A stretch of 64,000 nucleotides of DNA from Haliotis cracherodii (lineage: Eukaryota): contig NW_027266271.1 of the NCBI RefSeq assembly GCF_022045235.1, positions 17,422,001 through 17,486,000 of the forward strand, given 5' to 3'. This document shows, piece by piece, positions 1 to 12,844 of the stretch. A model generated the notes under the pieces. That model was not told the DNA's origin. It saw only the letters and a list, made by a program, of their open reading frames with translations, and made no database searches. The position numbers and the translations under genes were made by a program. Position 1 is the first letter of the stretch. Every line of letters starts with the position of its first letter.

Positions 1-221
1 TCTCTTAGATGAGCATTCACTGTGACTTTCATTCATGTAACTTCAGTTTCTAAGAACACTTGTCCCCATTTCATGTAGTATGCACTAAGTTGAAAAGCAC
101 GGACCAAGGGCCATAACTCTGTAAAAAAGGATTTTTTGAACTCATTTGAGTTCAAGACCAGTAACATCAGTGTGTAAAATTTCCGTCTCTGTCTTAAATA
201 GTTTACACACAATACATATGA

Positions 222-382
222 GGGGCGGTCGGGTAGCCTAGTGGTTAAAGCGTTCGCTCGTCACGCCGAAAACCCGTGTTCGATCCCCGACATGGGTACA
301 ATGTGTGGAGCCCATTCTTGGTGTCCCCCGCCGTGATATTGCTGGAATATTGCTAAGAGCGGCGTAAAACCATACTCACTTA
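222..382 (+). mobile_element. tRNA-Asp-like SINE (family A), full-length copy
   Basis: Head GGGGCGGTCGGGTAGCCTAGTGGTTAAAGCGTTCGCTCGTCACGCCGAA...GTTCGATCCC has A and B boxes and a GTC anticodon-like loop. Tail is GCTGGAATATTGCT..GCGGCGTAAAACCATACTCACT. Other copies: ~2400-2530, 11643-11810(-), 32432-32592(-), 32712-32877, 38063-38190, 39946-40108(-), 43009-43172, 53941-54105, 58431-58595(-). Confidence 0.9.
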
Positions 383-3326
383 CTGTAATAGATAGCTGGA
401 TCAGGTGGTCAGGCTCGAACCCACAATCATAGGCTCCTGGTGTGCCCAAGGGACGCCACTCTGCACAGCGAATTGCGGCGTCTTAGACGACTGGGCTACC
501 CCTGCTCCCACAAGAATATTAAGGATAATTGAGTTGCGTTTAACATCCATTCGAATAGTATTTTTTAAACAAAGCGAATAGGAGCACGGTCTGAATGTTG
601 CTGGAAAATATAGTTTTAAAAGAAATATGCCGTTATGTTAAGCTCCATTATCAACAAAGACCGTTGAATAGTGTGTTACATGGTGCGTCTATACAAATGT
701 TTCACTATGCACAAAAGCATTCAACTATATTAAAAAGCCAAATGCAATTCCAAATAATTTCCATTACTTTATAACAAATATATCAATTGCAATGAGTACA
801 ATGAATTAAAAAATAATGTTTTAACTTTAGTGTGTAATGATTTATATTTTCTGTTTTATTTTTTTTATATTTTCAGTTATACATATACTATATAAAGATA
901 ATTTATATTCATTTACAAATTATAAATAATTTATTTATGGAAAGATTGCAATAGTTTCGTTGATTCAGTTGAGATCAGGTGCGCCCTGTTTTACAGTATT
1001 CTCCTTACATCGTAGATTATTGCATGTGATGTTCGGAGTTTATTAAACATGCGCGTAGAAAATATTTGAAATTTAATATTAAAGCATATTGCTGATAAAG
1101 CGCTTACTTTTGAGCTCTGCGTATTCAGCTTAGATCAGGTTTAATAATGATACCATCCGGAATCTTTTGGCGTGAGCGTATCCATTGACATTCGTGACAA
1201 TTCGTCCTGTCTTGTTATTTACGGAAATTGACGAAAGATGCCGAATGATATTACAGCGGAAGTTGCTCTCGGTAGCTCTGTGTGTGATCGTGGTATTTTC
1301 AGAAAGACACCTTTTTTCTACTGTTATGATTCATACAAGATAACGGTGTGTATATGAAAAGGTACTACAATATCAATGTGTTTAGAGGCCAAGAAGGGAG
1401 TGTGTGTTTCTGGAACGTGACAGTGCAGGACGAATGAAATATGGTTATGCTTCACTTGTCTGGAGGTCCAACCTAATGTGACGTTGATTGTGACCCGGTG
1501 GTGTCGACAGAGAGTGTAGGGGATAGGGTTCGTTTCATGAAAAAGTGTAATTTCACAAAAAGGGGACTTTGAACAACGTGTTATTTTTGTGCATCCCAAA
1601 ATAAGATTTGTCCTTGTAATGTTCTCATTAAGAGAAGTTAGGCTAATTATTATGCAGGTTCAGTCAGGAATCCGTAGCAGTACACAATATAAACATATAT
1701 TTTTATTGACCCATGGCTTCAAAAGGATAAATGGGTTAATAAAAAAAATATGTTTACTTGTTTACATTTACAAATTCCTGTGGATCAGTCTACCTACACA
1801 ACTGGAGAGTTGTGCTATTCTTCTGTTATGATCATGCTATTTCAGTGTGATTTTCATAAGTAAATGTGTGCAGATCTAGCTCAGCACTGGGATGAGGATA
1901 AAGTGATATAGATCTACCCTACGTCAACGTAATCAAAACATGAATACTGCACGCACAGTTTCTGAATGTAATCAGAGTAGCCAGGTCATTCTGGGAAGTC
2001 TGTGCTGTATTCTTATTATTTGTACAATTTGAATTAGATTTAGGCTCAATAATAATTTATATATTTTTTAGCAACTCCACTGGCGTCTTTTGCCTAGCCA
2101 AGGCTGATTTTTTAACTGACCATGATAAAGCTTGAATGTTGCCAACTAGTCATAAAACAACATGTATTCAGTGTTCACTTACTTCATACTTCACTTTTTG
2201 TGATCACTAAATCAGCTTATTCTATAGTAATGATCGTAGATCTGTGTCATTTTGGCAGAAAGTTAACTGTAAGAATGATAAATCATATGCAAAATGAAAC
2301 CCCATCATTTTACCATGTTTACATACCTAGTTCTGAAATACCACGTCGACATAGCAGAAAGAATGGGAAAACCCAAACTTTATGCATTTGCCATATTCAG
2401 GGTGGTGGGGTTGCCTAGTGGTTAAGGCATTCGCTGGTCAAACTGAAGACCCGGGTTCGGTTTCCCAACGGTACAATGTGAGAAGCCTTTTTCTGGTGTC
2501 ATCGACCGTGACATTGCTGGAATATTAATATAAAAAATATGTTCAGCAGGCTCATTAAATCAGATTTTTGTCGCAGATACAGTGCCTGTCTGCATCAAGT
2601 CCTGAAGATATCTCCATAGATGGTCGTGTCAGGTGAACCAAGTGCAAACTTTGATTGCACAAGAAAACCATTATAGTATGCAAATATTGCCCCCCCCCCC
2701 CCCCCCCCCCCCAGTGGCAACCCTCTTGTCTGTAGATGCCTTGGGACTCAGAAACAACAGGGTGTATAAAACCACAATGATATATAGTAGCACTGCATGA
2801 TATGTTTGCATTCAGATTTCCTCAGTGAGAAATACAGAAATCAGAATGCATTGCTCTCTCTTACAAAGAATTTAGAAGCCTTGCCTCTGATTGACTGATC
2901 AGAAAGGTCAACAACAGACCTATGGCAGTGTCGTCAGACTTTGATACAGAGATGTATCATTTCAGAGTAAAAGATCTCAGCTTCATGAGATTGCAATGTT
3001 AAGCAACATTTTTTTTCTTACCATCCCAATAAAATATCTTTCATATATGCTATGCACCAAGAATGAATGCAATTGATTACAATGCCTGGAATATATGTGA
3101 TTGGCATAGTCATTTTTATTGTTAATATTTGTTTGTAGGTCAGCCATCTGAAGAAGGTCAGAGAGTTGGACCACGATGTACAGTCCTTCAGATCAGTTGG
3201 AAGTGAACACAATACAGACAGTTTCTCCATGGGACAATTGATTGTCAGTTACGACTGACTACAATTACACTTAACTAAAGACAGGCATTTCATAGTTTGT
3301 ACATCAGGGACAATATTTTACACAAA

Positions 3327-4904
3327 ATGGCATCCAGTGAGTGTAGTATCCCTATCAAGACAGAACTAGTCGATAGCCCAGATCCAGTGGATCAAGATTC
3401 ACCAAAGCCTGAGTCAGATGAAAAGAGTGGAAAATCTGCCGATTTATCCGAGATTGGCTGCAACACAGAATTCTCCGACGATGACGACGATGAGGATGCT
3501 GATGACACAGCTCCTGAGGATGCCAGTGTTGAACAGAGTGGACCTTCTAAAGAACCTGCTGAAAATGCAACGTCAGCCAAATCTGATGACCACAGGCCCT
3601 ATATTTGTTCTGTGTGTAGTAAAGCCTTCAAAAAGGCTTACAATTTAAAAGCACATATGGATATCCACACCGATGGGCAATTACATGCTTGTAATTTATG
3701 TCACAAGACGTTCAAATCTCGCCACTATCTACGAAAACATCTTTCAACCCATAATCCCGTGAAGAAACATGCCTGTGAGGTTTGTGGCAAGTCTTTTACC
3801 CAGATGTCACACCTGAAGAAGCATGAAATGATTCACACGGGAGAAAAACCGTATTCGTGTACCATTTGTGGCATGACATTCAACAAGACATCTAATTTAA
3901 ACACCCACGTGCGGAGACACACAGGTGAGAGGAACCACACCTGTCCACACTGCAACAAAAACTTCGGAACTTCAAGTGAACTCCGACGTCACGTCAACAT
4001 TCATACAAAAGAGAAAACATATGAGTGTGATATATGTGACCGATCCTTCCTACTGTTGGGAAATCTTCAAAAACATGTAAAACGATGCCATCTTGGAGAG
4101 AAGAGATTCTTGTGTAGTCATTGCGACAAAACATTTATGTCAGCAGGGGAGCTTCAGAGGCATATTGCTGTCCACACAGGGGAACGGAACTTCCCGTGTG
4201 ATATGTGTGATAAAAGGTACTTTAGTTTAAGAGATCTTAAAATGCATGTTAAAATTCATATGGTGAGGGAAAGGACTGTTCCATGTCAGGTGTGCGAGAA
4301 ACTTTTTTATGATAAATATTCCTTGAAGGCACATATGAGGATACACAGCACGCGGCAGTATCAGTGTAACGAATGCCCGAAAAGGTTTTTCAGACCGCTC
4401 GATCTGAAGCGTCACGAGAAGACCCATGAACCCAAACCCTTGAAGTGTCGAATCTGTGCGAGAGTTTACACAAGGCAGAAGAGGCTTGACCAGCACATGC
4501 TCCTACACGAGGCTGAGAGGCCATTTGTTTGTGGCCACTGTGACAAAGCATTCTCCATGTCCACCCAGCTCATGTCCCATATTGCTTGTATGCATTCCGA
4601 CAAGCAGAACACCCGATGTGATGTGTGCCAGAGAAGTTTCAAGACTGTGGACGACCTGAGCGTACACTTTAAGGATCACATTATGAATCGAGTTCACGTT
4701 TGTCTGGAGTGCAGGAAGACGTTCGAGACAGTGGAGCAGCTTCGGGAACACCAGAAGACTCGCCCCGAGTGTGACCGTGGAGGGTCCACATCCTCAAGCG
4801 CTAATGAGATGTTGGTCGAGAACTCACTCGCAGATGGGGATCAGGATGAAAGTGTTCCTGAGTCTGAAACAATGGAGGACGAGGCATGCAAGCTGAAAGT
4901 GTAA
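3327..4904 (+). CDS. C2H2 zinc-finger protein (acidic N-terminus, 13 C2H2 fingers plus 1 C2HC finger), single coding exon
   Basis: Tandem CxxC-x12-H-x3/4-H motifs with TGEKP/TGERN linkers. First in-frame ATG is at 3327 (AAAATGG context); the ORF-track start at 3297 is a TTG. Probable 5'UTR splice acceptor TTTGTTTGTAG at 3138. Confidence 0.93.
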   Translation: MASSECSIPIKTELVDSPDPVDQDSPKPESDEKSGKSADLSEIGCNTEFSDDDDDEDADDTAPEDASVEQSGPSKEPAENATSAKSDDHRPYICSVCSKAFKKAYNLKAHMDIHTDGQLHACNLCHKTFKSRHYLRKHLSTHNPVKKHACEVCGKSFTQMSHLKKHEMIHTGEKPYSCTICGMTFNKTSNLNTHVRRHTGERNHTCPHCNKNFGTSSELRRHVNIHTKEKTYECDICDRSFLLLGNLQKHVKRCHLGEKRFLCSHCDKTFMSAGELQRHIAVHTGERNFPCDMCDKRYFSLRDLKMHVKIHMVRERTVPCQVCEKLFYDKYSLKAHMRIHSTRQYQCNECPKRFFRPLDLKRHEKTHEPKPLKCRICARVYTRQKRLDQHMLLHEAERPFVCGHCDKAFSMSTQLMSHIACMHSDKQNTRCDVCQRSFKTVDDLSVHFKDHIMNRVHVCLECRKTFETVEQLREHQKTRPECDRGGSTSSSANEMLVENSLADGDQDESVPESETMEDEACKLKV

Positions 4905-5348
4905 AGATGGAAGGAGTCTGTTACCATGGTTACATATCGCGAAACAGTTCCTAAATATTATTCCAATGACTGTCATGATACAAAAACTAGTTGAGTTCAC
5001 AAGCCCTAGACAGAGCTCCCATGCAGATTCCCAGACAGAAAAGCTACCCTTTATATGCCATGAATGTGAAAGAGTTAACTAATAGGGATCGGGTAGTAAC
5101 ATGTGACCTGAATAACCAAATGGTATGTTACTCGTACCAGCAACAAATAGCCTGTCTGGTCCCCACTTGAATAGTTACCACGTTACCAGGCAATTGTGTC
5201 ACCCCAAATGCTTTGTGGTGTGGGCTGGGAGCTTTAGCTTAGGGCTCTTTATTAAAGGGACCGAGAGCTTGCATTATTAGTAAATGCCTATTTGGATTGT
5301 ATTGTATAAATGAAATGATTTAAGGAGAATAGTGAGAAAATGAAAGCA

Positions 5349-5837
5349 ATCTCATTAAAATCAGATCTTAGTTCTCTCTACTGCTAAACAAAGATCTGAG
5401 GACATCCCATTACAGGTCATGCCAGACCGACCTTGCGCGAACTTTGACTGACCAATGGAATGACTGACAAGAAGTCAACATTAGCCAATCAGAAGGCAGC
5501 TTTCTCGTGCTTAAGGGCACTAATTTCAAATTGGCGACTACGCCTCGAAACATATTTTGACAAATTTTTTATTAAAAATTTGAAACCTGAACAAATGAGC
5601 ATTCTGGAATGGCTGAAAGATGGTCTAGATTATATGGATTGAGTCATGAAGCCCGTAAATATCGTTCGGAATACCCCGTGTTAAAGTTTTCGAGGTTGCA
5701 TGAAATGTCACTTTCGTGATCTGGTAAGCGACACTTTGATTGGTCGGATGAAAGGTCGTTCTGACGTGACCCCTGATGGGATGTCCTCAGATCTTTGTTT
5801 AGTGGTAGCGAGAACTAAAATCTGATTTTAATGAGAT
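5349..5837. mobile_element. MITE with ~85-bp imperfect terminal inverted repeats
   Basis: ATCTCATTAAAATCAGATCTTAGTTCTC...AAACAAAGATCTGAGGACATCCCAT is matched by ATGGGATGTCCTCAGATCTTTGTTT...GAGAACTAAAATCTGATTTTAATGAGAT. A solo end copy lies at ~6694-6780. Confidence 0.8.
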
Positions 5838-7212
5838 AAACATGAAAGTGAACCTGGGGGCCATGTTTTCCAATTTTATGACAAGGACCCCTTGACTTAA
5901 CTTCTTGTTATAAACACTTGATACATTGCAGCCATAGAAACTAATCCTTATGATGAATATATGTAGCAAAACCCTTAAAAATGGCAACTTCTACTAGTCC
6001 TTATGATACAAACTATTGGGCAGTTTGGCAACGACTACAGGACTAGTGCAAATTTCTAAAGCTGCATTGTTTCAAGAATTTTTTGTCTGTTGTCTAATCA
6101 ACAATTGTGCACTGACAAAGTTCTGTGTTTTTTTTTACCATGATTGAGGGCGTTTATTGATAGATTAGGCTAACGAGTGGCACAGTTAACCTCTTATCTG
6201 TGTTATTATGTTATCTGTAACATGGGTATTGATGAAGAAACACGTTTTTGTGACTGTTGATAGATCAGTAAGGATGTTTTGTCACTTACCATTATATATA
6301 TATATATATATATTTATATCTTCTTTACTATGATAACACAAGGTGTACATGTGAACTCGGATATTATGTAATCGAATGTGAAGTATTTCCTGCTTTGGTT
6401 GAATGAAATAATTGTCCATATATTCCACAGGACTTCTGAATGTATGAGAAGAGTGTGAGAGCCGACTGACCAAAGACATAGTCTAGACGGAATTCAGTCT
6501 CAGTAAAATCAGACCTTTTACTTTCTTACAATCCTACTGAGGTAAACTCGGTGTGAACTTTGACCACCCAATCTAAGTGAAGCATGCATGGTTTCTGGAG
6601 CCAATCGGGTGTCAGTTGTTTAAAATTTCATTTCTTGTCCACCTTGATTTGGAAATTGGTATTTTGAATAACATAATAAAATATTTTGATGCAATCTCAT
6701 TAAAATCTGATCTAAGTTCTTGCTGCCGCTTAAACCAAAGATCTGAGGACATTCCAATAGGGGTCATGTCAGAAGGAGGTATTGTATCTGATTAAAAGAT
6801 CTGATTTTAACAAGATTTGAGGGTATTCTACTACTGGTTGGTGCATAAGATGGCGAGACCTGCTTTGTGATACATGTGTGTATATTGATAATTGAATCAA
6901 TACATATACCAGCATTGTGTGGGGGTGGCGCTGTCACCTGTGTCATGCACGTGGCTGCAGGTGTGAAGCTGAGGCTAACTACTGGTCCCACCATGCAAGG
7001 AGCCCACTTTTAACACACACATCTCTGAGCATCTTCCACACATAGATGCCCCACCGATATGCACAGTAGGGTCATATTATACAAGTGTCATACTACTCAA
7101 AAGAAGGACCTCCCTGATGTTTTCATATTGCTTAAGTTAATCTGTCCATGCCATGACACAGTAACGAAAGTAATATGAAAATGTCTGGTGTTCAACTTTT
7201 TTTTTAATGTTG

Positions 7213-7487
7213 TGGCACGGGTGGCACGGGTGGCCCAGTCATCTAAGGCGCCGCGATTTGCTGTGCAGAGTTACATCCCTTAGGCACGTCAGAAACCCAT
7301 GATTGTGGGTTTGAATCCTGGTTCGCCCTGATTATGAGTCTAGGTTTGTCAGCAACATACCCGTGCTCGTGAGTTTCACCGAAGTGGTAAACGACTTGAG
7401 ACCTGCATCACTTTGGGCTTTCCTCCCATCTTATGCTGACACACAGTGATACTGTTAAAAGCGGCGTTAAACCCAACTCACGCACTC
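7213..7487 (+). mobile_element. tRNA-Leu-like SINE (family B)
   Basis: Head GGCACGGGTGGCCCAGTCATCTAAGGCGCC...GGGTTTGAATCC; tail GCGGCGTTAAACCCAACTCA. Confidence 0.85.
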
Positions 7488-8081
7488 TTTTCAATAGTAT
7501 GATAGGGTCGTGTTAGATAAATATTAGAGGTCAGCTGAACCTAGAATGGATGACTTAACAGAAAATCAAATTTGTTTGTACACTGTACGTTTGACCAATT
7601 TGTTTTGCAATGTTCCTCTGACGTTATCATGATCATTCCCAAAGCGACCTTTGCACTTTGCATTGGACCTTGTTAAGAGCAAAACAAAACTTGATTAGTA
7701 TGATTTTCGAAAATGATTTTGTAGCCCAGTTAGGTAAGATTTAATGTGTTGTATAACTTGTAATATCAAATCACACCAGACACTGTTTCACTGTATTTTT
7801 ACCATTTACAATTGTTACCATTAGTTGTTTACTTATATGTTAGCAGTATGTGTGGCTTAAAACCAATGTCAGCAACTGTAAGATGGGGTTTTATCATATG
7901 TAAGAGAGAGAGAGAGAGCCTGTACTTTAGCAGAGATATTCTTTGATGCCAGGTGCGTTATGTGGAGCATGTTATATCGTTGTCTTTCAATCATTTCCAT
8001 GTCAGCATACAATTAACTGTTTCATTAACATGATTAAATAAGCATCTCATCAATAATAACAGCATCATTGATCATCCTGGT

Positions 8082-8423
8082 CTGTCAGTTCTCAGATGAA
8101 CTTACTTGTGGGCTCGTCCCATCAACTGTTCTCTGATGAACGTAAGTCATGGATGATTCTCATTTGACTGTCAGTTCTCAGATGAACTTACTTGTGTGAT
8201 TGTCCCATCAACAGTTCTCTGATGAACGTAAGTCATGGATGATTCTCATTTGACTGTCAGTTCTCAGATGAACTTACTTGTGGGCTCGTCCCATCAACAG
8301 TTCTCTGATGAACGTAAGTCATTGATGATTCTCATTTGACTGTCAGTTCTCAGATGAACTTACTTGTGTGATTGTCCCATCAACAGTTCTCTGATGAACG
8401 CAAGTCATGGATGATTCTCATTT
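8082..8423. repeat. Tandem repeat, 4 x 86 bp (two ~43-bp subunits), degenerate to ~8680
   Basis: CTGTCAGTTCTCAGATGAAC recurs at 8082, 8168, 8254 and 8340, with alternating GGGCTC/GTGATT variants. Confidence 0.92.
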
Positions 8424-10019
8424 TTGGTTCATTTTCTATGATAATTCTATTATAATTGTGATGATTAAGAAAAATGTCCTGACGTTATGTAACATATATC
8501 ATCAATGAGTCTCATTTTCATCAAGTTACCATTGTCAGATGAACGTAAGTCGTGGATGATTCTGATCAAGATACAGTTCTCAGATGTACACAAGTCGTGG
8601 AGGATTCTCATCTGACCTAATTCTTAGATAAATTCATCAACTCAGTCTCAGATGTTTCAGCAGTTCTCAGATGAATGTACTGATGTTGTGACCTTGTTAA
8701 GAAAACTCTTGATTGTTTTCTATATAACTAAGTTTCTTTTATTAGTGATACCAAGATACCTGACTATAACTGGAACATAGACTATCTGTGGCTTAAGCCA
8801 CTGTACCCAATGTTGTCAGGGTACCTTCAACCTTGTTCCGAAACTTGCCACACTGAATCCCCTTGACATGTTTACCTATGATCCACCATGTACAGACAAT
8901 GTAAAACTTCATATGTGTCTGTGCTTTTGTGTATTGTTGCTTTATAAGGCTGAAATAACTAACACAGTGTCTCCTAGCTGACAAGGTGATTAGCAATACT
9001 GTAAGAACAAGTCATGATGATGCATACAATGTATGTTGTCTTGTAGCCAATCATCACTGAAATAATTAGAACCCTTGGTTTGAATCTTGTTGGAATTTGA
9101 AGGAATTCTGGGAATAGATTCATATTCTTTATTACGGTATTCCCTGTGAATATCCGGGTTAGACTCGGTTTTCAGCATCCAATGCTGTTCAGATGAGGCG
9201 ACTAACGGTGTCGGGTGGTCAGGCTCGCTGACTTAGGTGATGCATGTCATCATATTCCAATTGGGTGTATCGATGATCATGATGTCAATCACTGGATTGT
9301 CTGGACCAGTCTTGATTATTTACAGACCGCTGTTTTTGGCTGAAATATTGCAGAGTGCAGCTAAAAACAACAAATAAATATTAGTGTGAGGGGATACAGG
9401 GCCTTTAGTACATCAACTGTGTAGAGATATTTTGAGTGCATATGCTACAGTTCATGATGATAATGGCCTTTATTGACTTGGGGATCACATCCATATGAAT
9501 TTAATATCGGGATGCTCCCTTGCATCCCCTTTGAGATTGTGGGTTCAAAATTTGTCAAGATTCTGATTTTTTTGTTTGTCAGCACCATACCCAGGCCCAT
9601 GTGTTTCACAAGGGAGGTAATTGTGCTAGGCATCCATCACATTTGGCTTTTCCTGAATATTACAATGTCATGTAGCTGAAATACAGAGTAAAGTGGAACT
9701 CTCACTCTCTTTTTGGACATTGTACTGATACACCTTTCAAGGTTAACTGCAAGCATGTTTGCATTTGATTTTCATTCTCATCTCCCCGGGGAGTATACAA
9801 CCCATGACTCACTGGTTTACTGAACACATCATAGAAAATTATCAAGTGATGTTTAGTTATGAAAACAAATACTTGGAATGATAATGTTTTAATTAAATAG
9901 AACTTCAGGAATAGACACAATGGTGGTATCCTATTTTAGTCTTGTTGATGAGTTGATCATCCTCGATTATCTAGTGTATATTGTGTCTATTCTATTTTCC
10001 AATGCTTCATTAAGGAAGT

Positions 10020-10300
10020 GGGGGCACGGGGGCCCGCTTGTCTAAGGTGCCGTGACTCGCTGTGCAGAGTTGTGTCCCTTGGGCATGCCATAAATCTATG
10101 ATTGTGGGTTCAAATGCCGGTTCGTCCCGATTTTGTTTCTAGGTTAGTCAGCACCATACCTGTGCTCGTGGGTTCACCAAAGTGGTAAACGTCTTGAGAC
10201 CTGCATCACTTCGGGCTTTCCTCCCACATTAAGCTGACTTGCCGCGATGTAACTGGAATACTGTTAAAAGCGGTGTTAAACCCAACTCACTCACTCACTC
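10020..10300 (+). mobile_element. tRNA-Leu-like SINE (family B), full length
   Basis: Same consensus as the 7213 copy, with a (CTCA)n tail and degenerate TSD (TCATTAAGGAAGTG / TCATCTAGGAAGTG). Other copies: 31793-32068(-), 38553-38835(-), 57141-57424(-); partial at 417-510, 30015-30120, 40996-41205, 54350-54690. Confidence 0.88.
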
Positions 10301-10714
10301 ATCTAGGAAGTGCTGTCACTATCTCCATCCTCTTATCACAGACAGAACAGAATTTGTCTTGCTCATGAACTTGAAATAAGAACCGCCAAAAGGACTATTC
10401 GTGGACATTCCTTGTCAGAACTAGTTACTTGCAATCTGTGCTTATTCATGGAGATTTCGTGTTAGAACTAGTTCCTTGCAATCTATGCTTGTCCAATGAG
10501 AAACCTATAAAATAACATCTTTTTCTTATTAACTCCATGAATCTTCTATTGTCAGTGTGATTAACCTCAATGTCCCAGTGTGTATTCCTTCTGTACTGTC
10601 TAGTGGAGACAGGTATTGTTAGTGGTGTTTCTAGTTGTGTATCGGCATGTTTAGATATTAAATGATGTAGAACCCATACTACCCTGTGTACTTCATTTGT
10701 CCAACAGGATGTCT

Positions 10715-11600
10715 AGGCCCCGAGAATCCCAGGTCCAAGTAGGTCCCCAGAACACCCTGCTTGTTGACTCCTTGTGGGGATGCAAGGGTCTAGCAGGTCC
10801 TCCCAGAACACCATGCTTGTTGACTCCTTGTGGGGATGCAAGGTCCTAGCAGGTCCCCAGAATCCCATGCATGACTCCTTGTGGGAATGCAAGGTCCTAG
10901 CAGGTGCCCCTAGAACACTGTGCTTGTTGACTCCTTGTGGGAATGCAAGGTCCTAGCAGGTGTCCCTAGAACACCATGCTTGTTGACTCCTTGTGGGGAT
11001 GCAAGGTCCTAGCAGGTGCCCCTAGAACACCATGCTTGTTGATTCCTTGTGGGGATGCAAGGTCCTAGCAGGTGCCCCTAGAACACCCTGCTTGTTGACT
11101 CCTTGTGGGGATGCAAGGTCCTAGCAGGTGCCCCTAGAAAACCATGCTTGTTGACTCCTTGTGGGGATGCAAATGCTGAATAGGTACCCAGAAACCCAAT
11201 GCTTGTCTCTGTGGGGATGCAAGAGCCAAATAGGTCCCCAGAACACTCTGCTGGTTTCTCTTTTGGGATGCATGGGCAAAATAGGTTCCCAGAATCCCAT
11301 CTCTAGATTCCCATGCTTTTCTCTGTGGGAATGCATGAACCAAATAGGTCCCCAGAACCCCCATGCTTGTTTCTGTGGGGATGCATGGGCCAAATAGGTC
11401 CCCAGAATCCCATGCTTGTTTCACTTTAGGGATGCATGGCCAAAATAGGTCCCCAGAACCCATGCTTGTTTCTGTGGGGGTGCATGGCCAAAACAGGTCC
11501 CCAGAACCCAATGCTTGTCTCCTTGTGGTGATGCAAGAGCCAATCAGCTCTCCATAACACCATGCTTGTTCCTCTGTCGGGGTGCATGCGCCAAATGGAT
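10715..11600. repeat. Minisatellite, 51-56-bp units (same family as 23715-25478)
   Basis: Repeating CCCAGAA..CCATGCTTGTT..CTGTGGGGATGCA..TAGGT; 56-bp period at 10971/11027. Confidence 0.93.
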
Positions 11601-12401
11601 CATTGGAACCACAGAATTTTGGTAAAAAAATAATCTTGTCCTGAGTGAGTGAGTGAGTGAGAGTATGGTTTTACACCCCTTTTAGCAATATTCCAGCAAT
11701 ATCATGGCAGGGGACACCAGAAATGGGCTTCACACATTGTACCCATTGTGGGAATCGAACCCGGGTCTTCGGCGTGACGACCGAACGCTTTAACCACTTG
11801 GCTACCCGACTGCTGAAAATGCTGAAATTGTGTCGTTCCTTAGTCATGCAAGGATTAAGCGTTCATGGGCTCAAATCCTGACATCACTCACACAAGGTGA
11901 TTGGGGTGCAAAGACCATGTTTACTATGGTTACTTACAATACGTTTTATACTGAAACGTTCCCTGTCGCCCCGAAGACCCAGGTTCAATTCCCAAAATGG
12001 GTACAATGTGTGAAGCTCATTAATGGTGTCTTTGACTGGATATTGCTGGAATATTGATATAAACGGCATAAACCCACACGCACTCATACCTAATATGATC
12101 ATAATCTTACATACACTTACGACAGTCATAGCGTTAAGGCTGTTTTGTTTGTTTGTTTGTCGTTGAACACTGCATTCAGCAATATTCCACCTATATGATG
12201 GTGGTCTGATTATAATTAAGTCTCTCCACTGGGCCTTGAGGCAACTGAGTAAGTCCTCGTCTCAAATATTCGCGTTATGTAATGGAAGTCTGTAAATAAC
12301 CGCCGTCGTATAGCTGGAATATTGCTGAGAGCGGCGTTAAACAACAAAGCAACAATCAATAAATCAACTGTTTCGAGATCTGACTCTTCGTGTGGCATAT
12401 G

Positions 12402-12844
12402 CTCTCGGTATAGAGAGCTCCGCGAACGGGCTATCGCTGTGAGGAGCTTGAGTTTGGTCGCAAGCTCCTCACAGCGATAGACCGACCGTTCCAAGCTCCT
12501 CACAGCGACTATCGTGTTATTGATATAGTAAGAATGTAAGGGAGAAGTTGGTTTATTTTCCGTTAGTCTGCAATCTCGAACCAATCTGATTATCAAAACA
12601 ACAAAGTAAATTCATCAGGAAAACATGGTCAGTCGTAAACCTTTTCAAATTGAAATATGATGGCATTCCCAAAGACATAAACAAAAGTATAAACGTTACT
12701 ACATATGGGGTTGGAGGGCAAATTTCAAGATTCTTGTAATGGCCGCGCCCACACTGGTGGCAGCGATGTTACCGGGAGTGTAACGAAGGTGTCACGCGCT
12801 GGGAAGGAGCTTGCGACCGTTCGTGGAGCTCTCTATACCGAGAG
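12402..12844. mobile_element. MITE-like element with ~28-bp TIRs and an internal hairpin
   Basis: CTCTCGGTATAGAGAGCTCCGCGAACGG ... CCGTTCGTGGAGCTCTCTATACCGAGAG; internal palindrome CTATCGCTGTGAGGAGCTTG..CAAGCTCCTCACAGCGATAG. Confidence 0.7.

Noticed and set aside
222-300. Functional tRNA-Asp genes
   Set aside because: There is no acceptor stem, and the sequence is always followed by the SINE body and tail and often flanked by TSDs.
8082-8423. Tandem CTGATGA motifs as hammerhead ribozymes (retrozyme)
   Set aside because: There is no downstream GAAA core or stem II in the unit.
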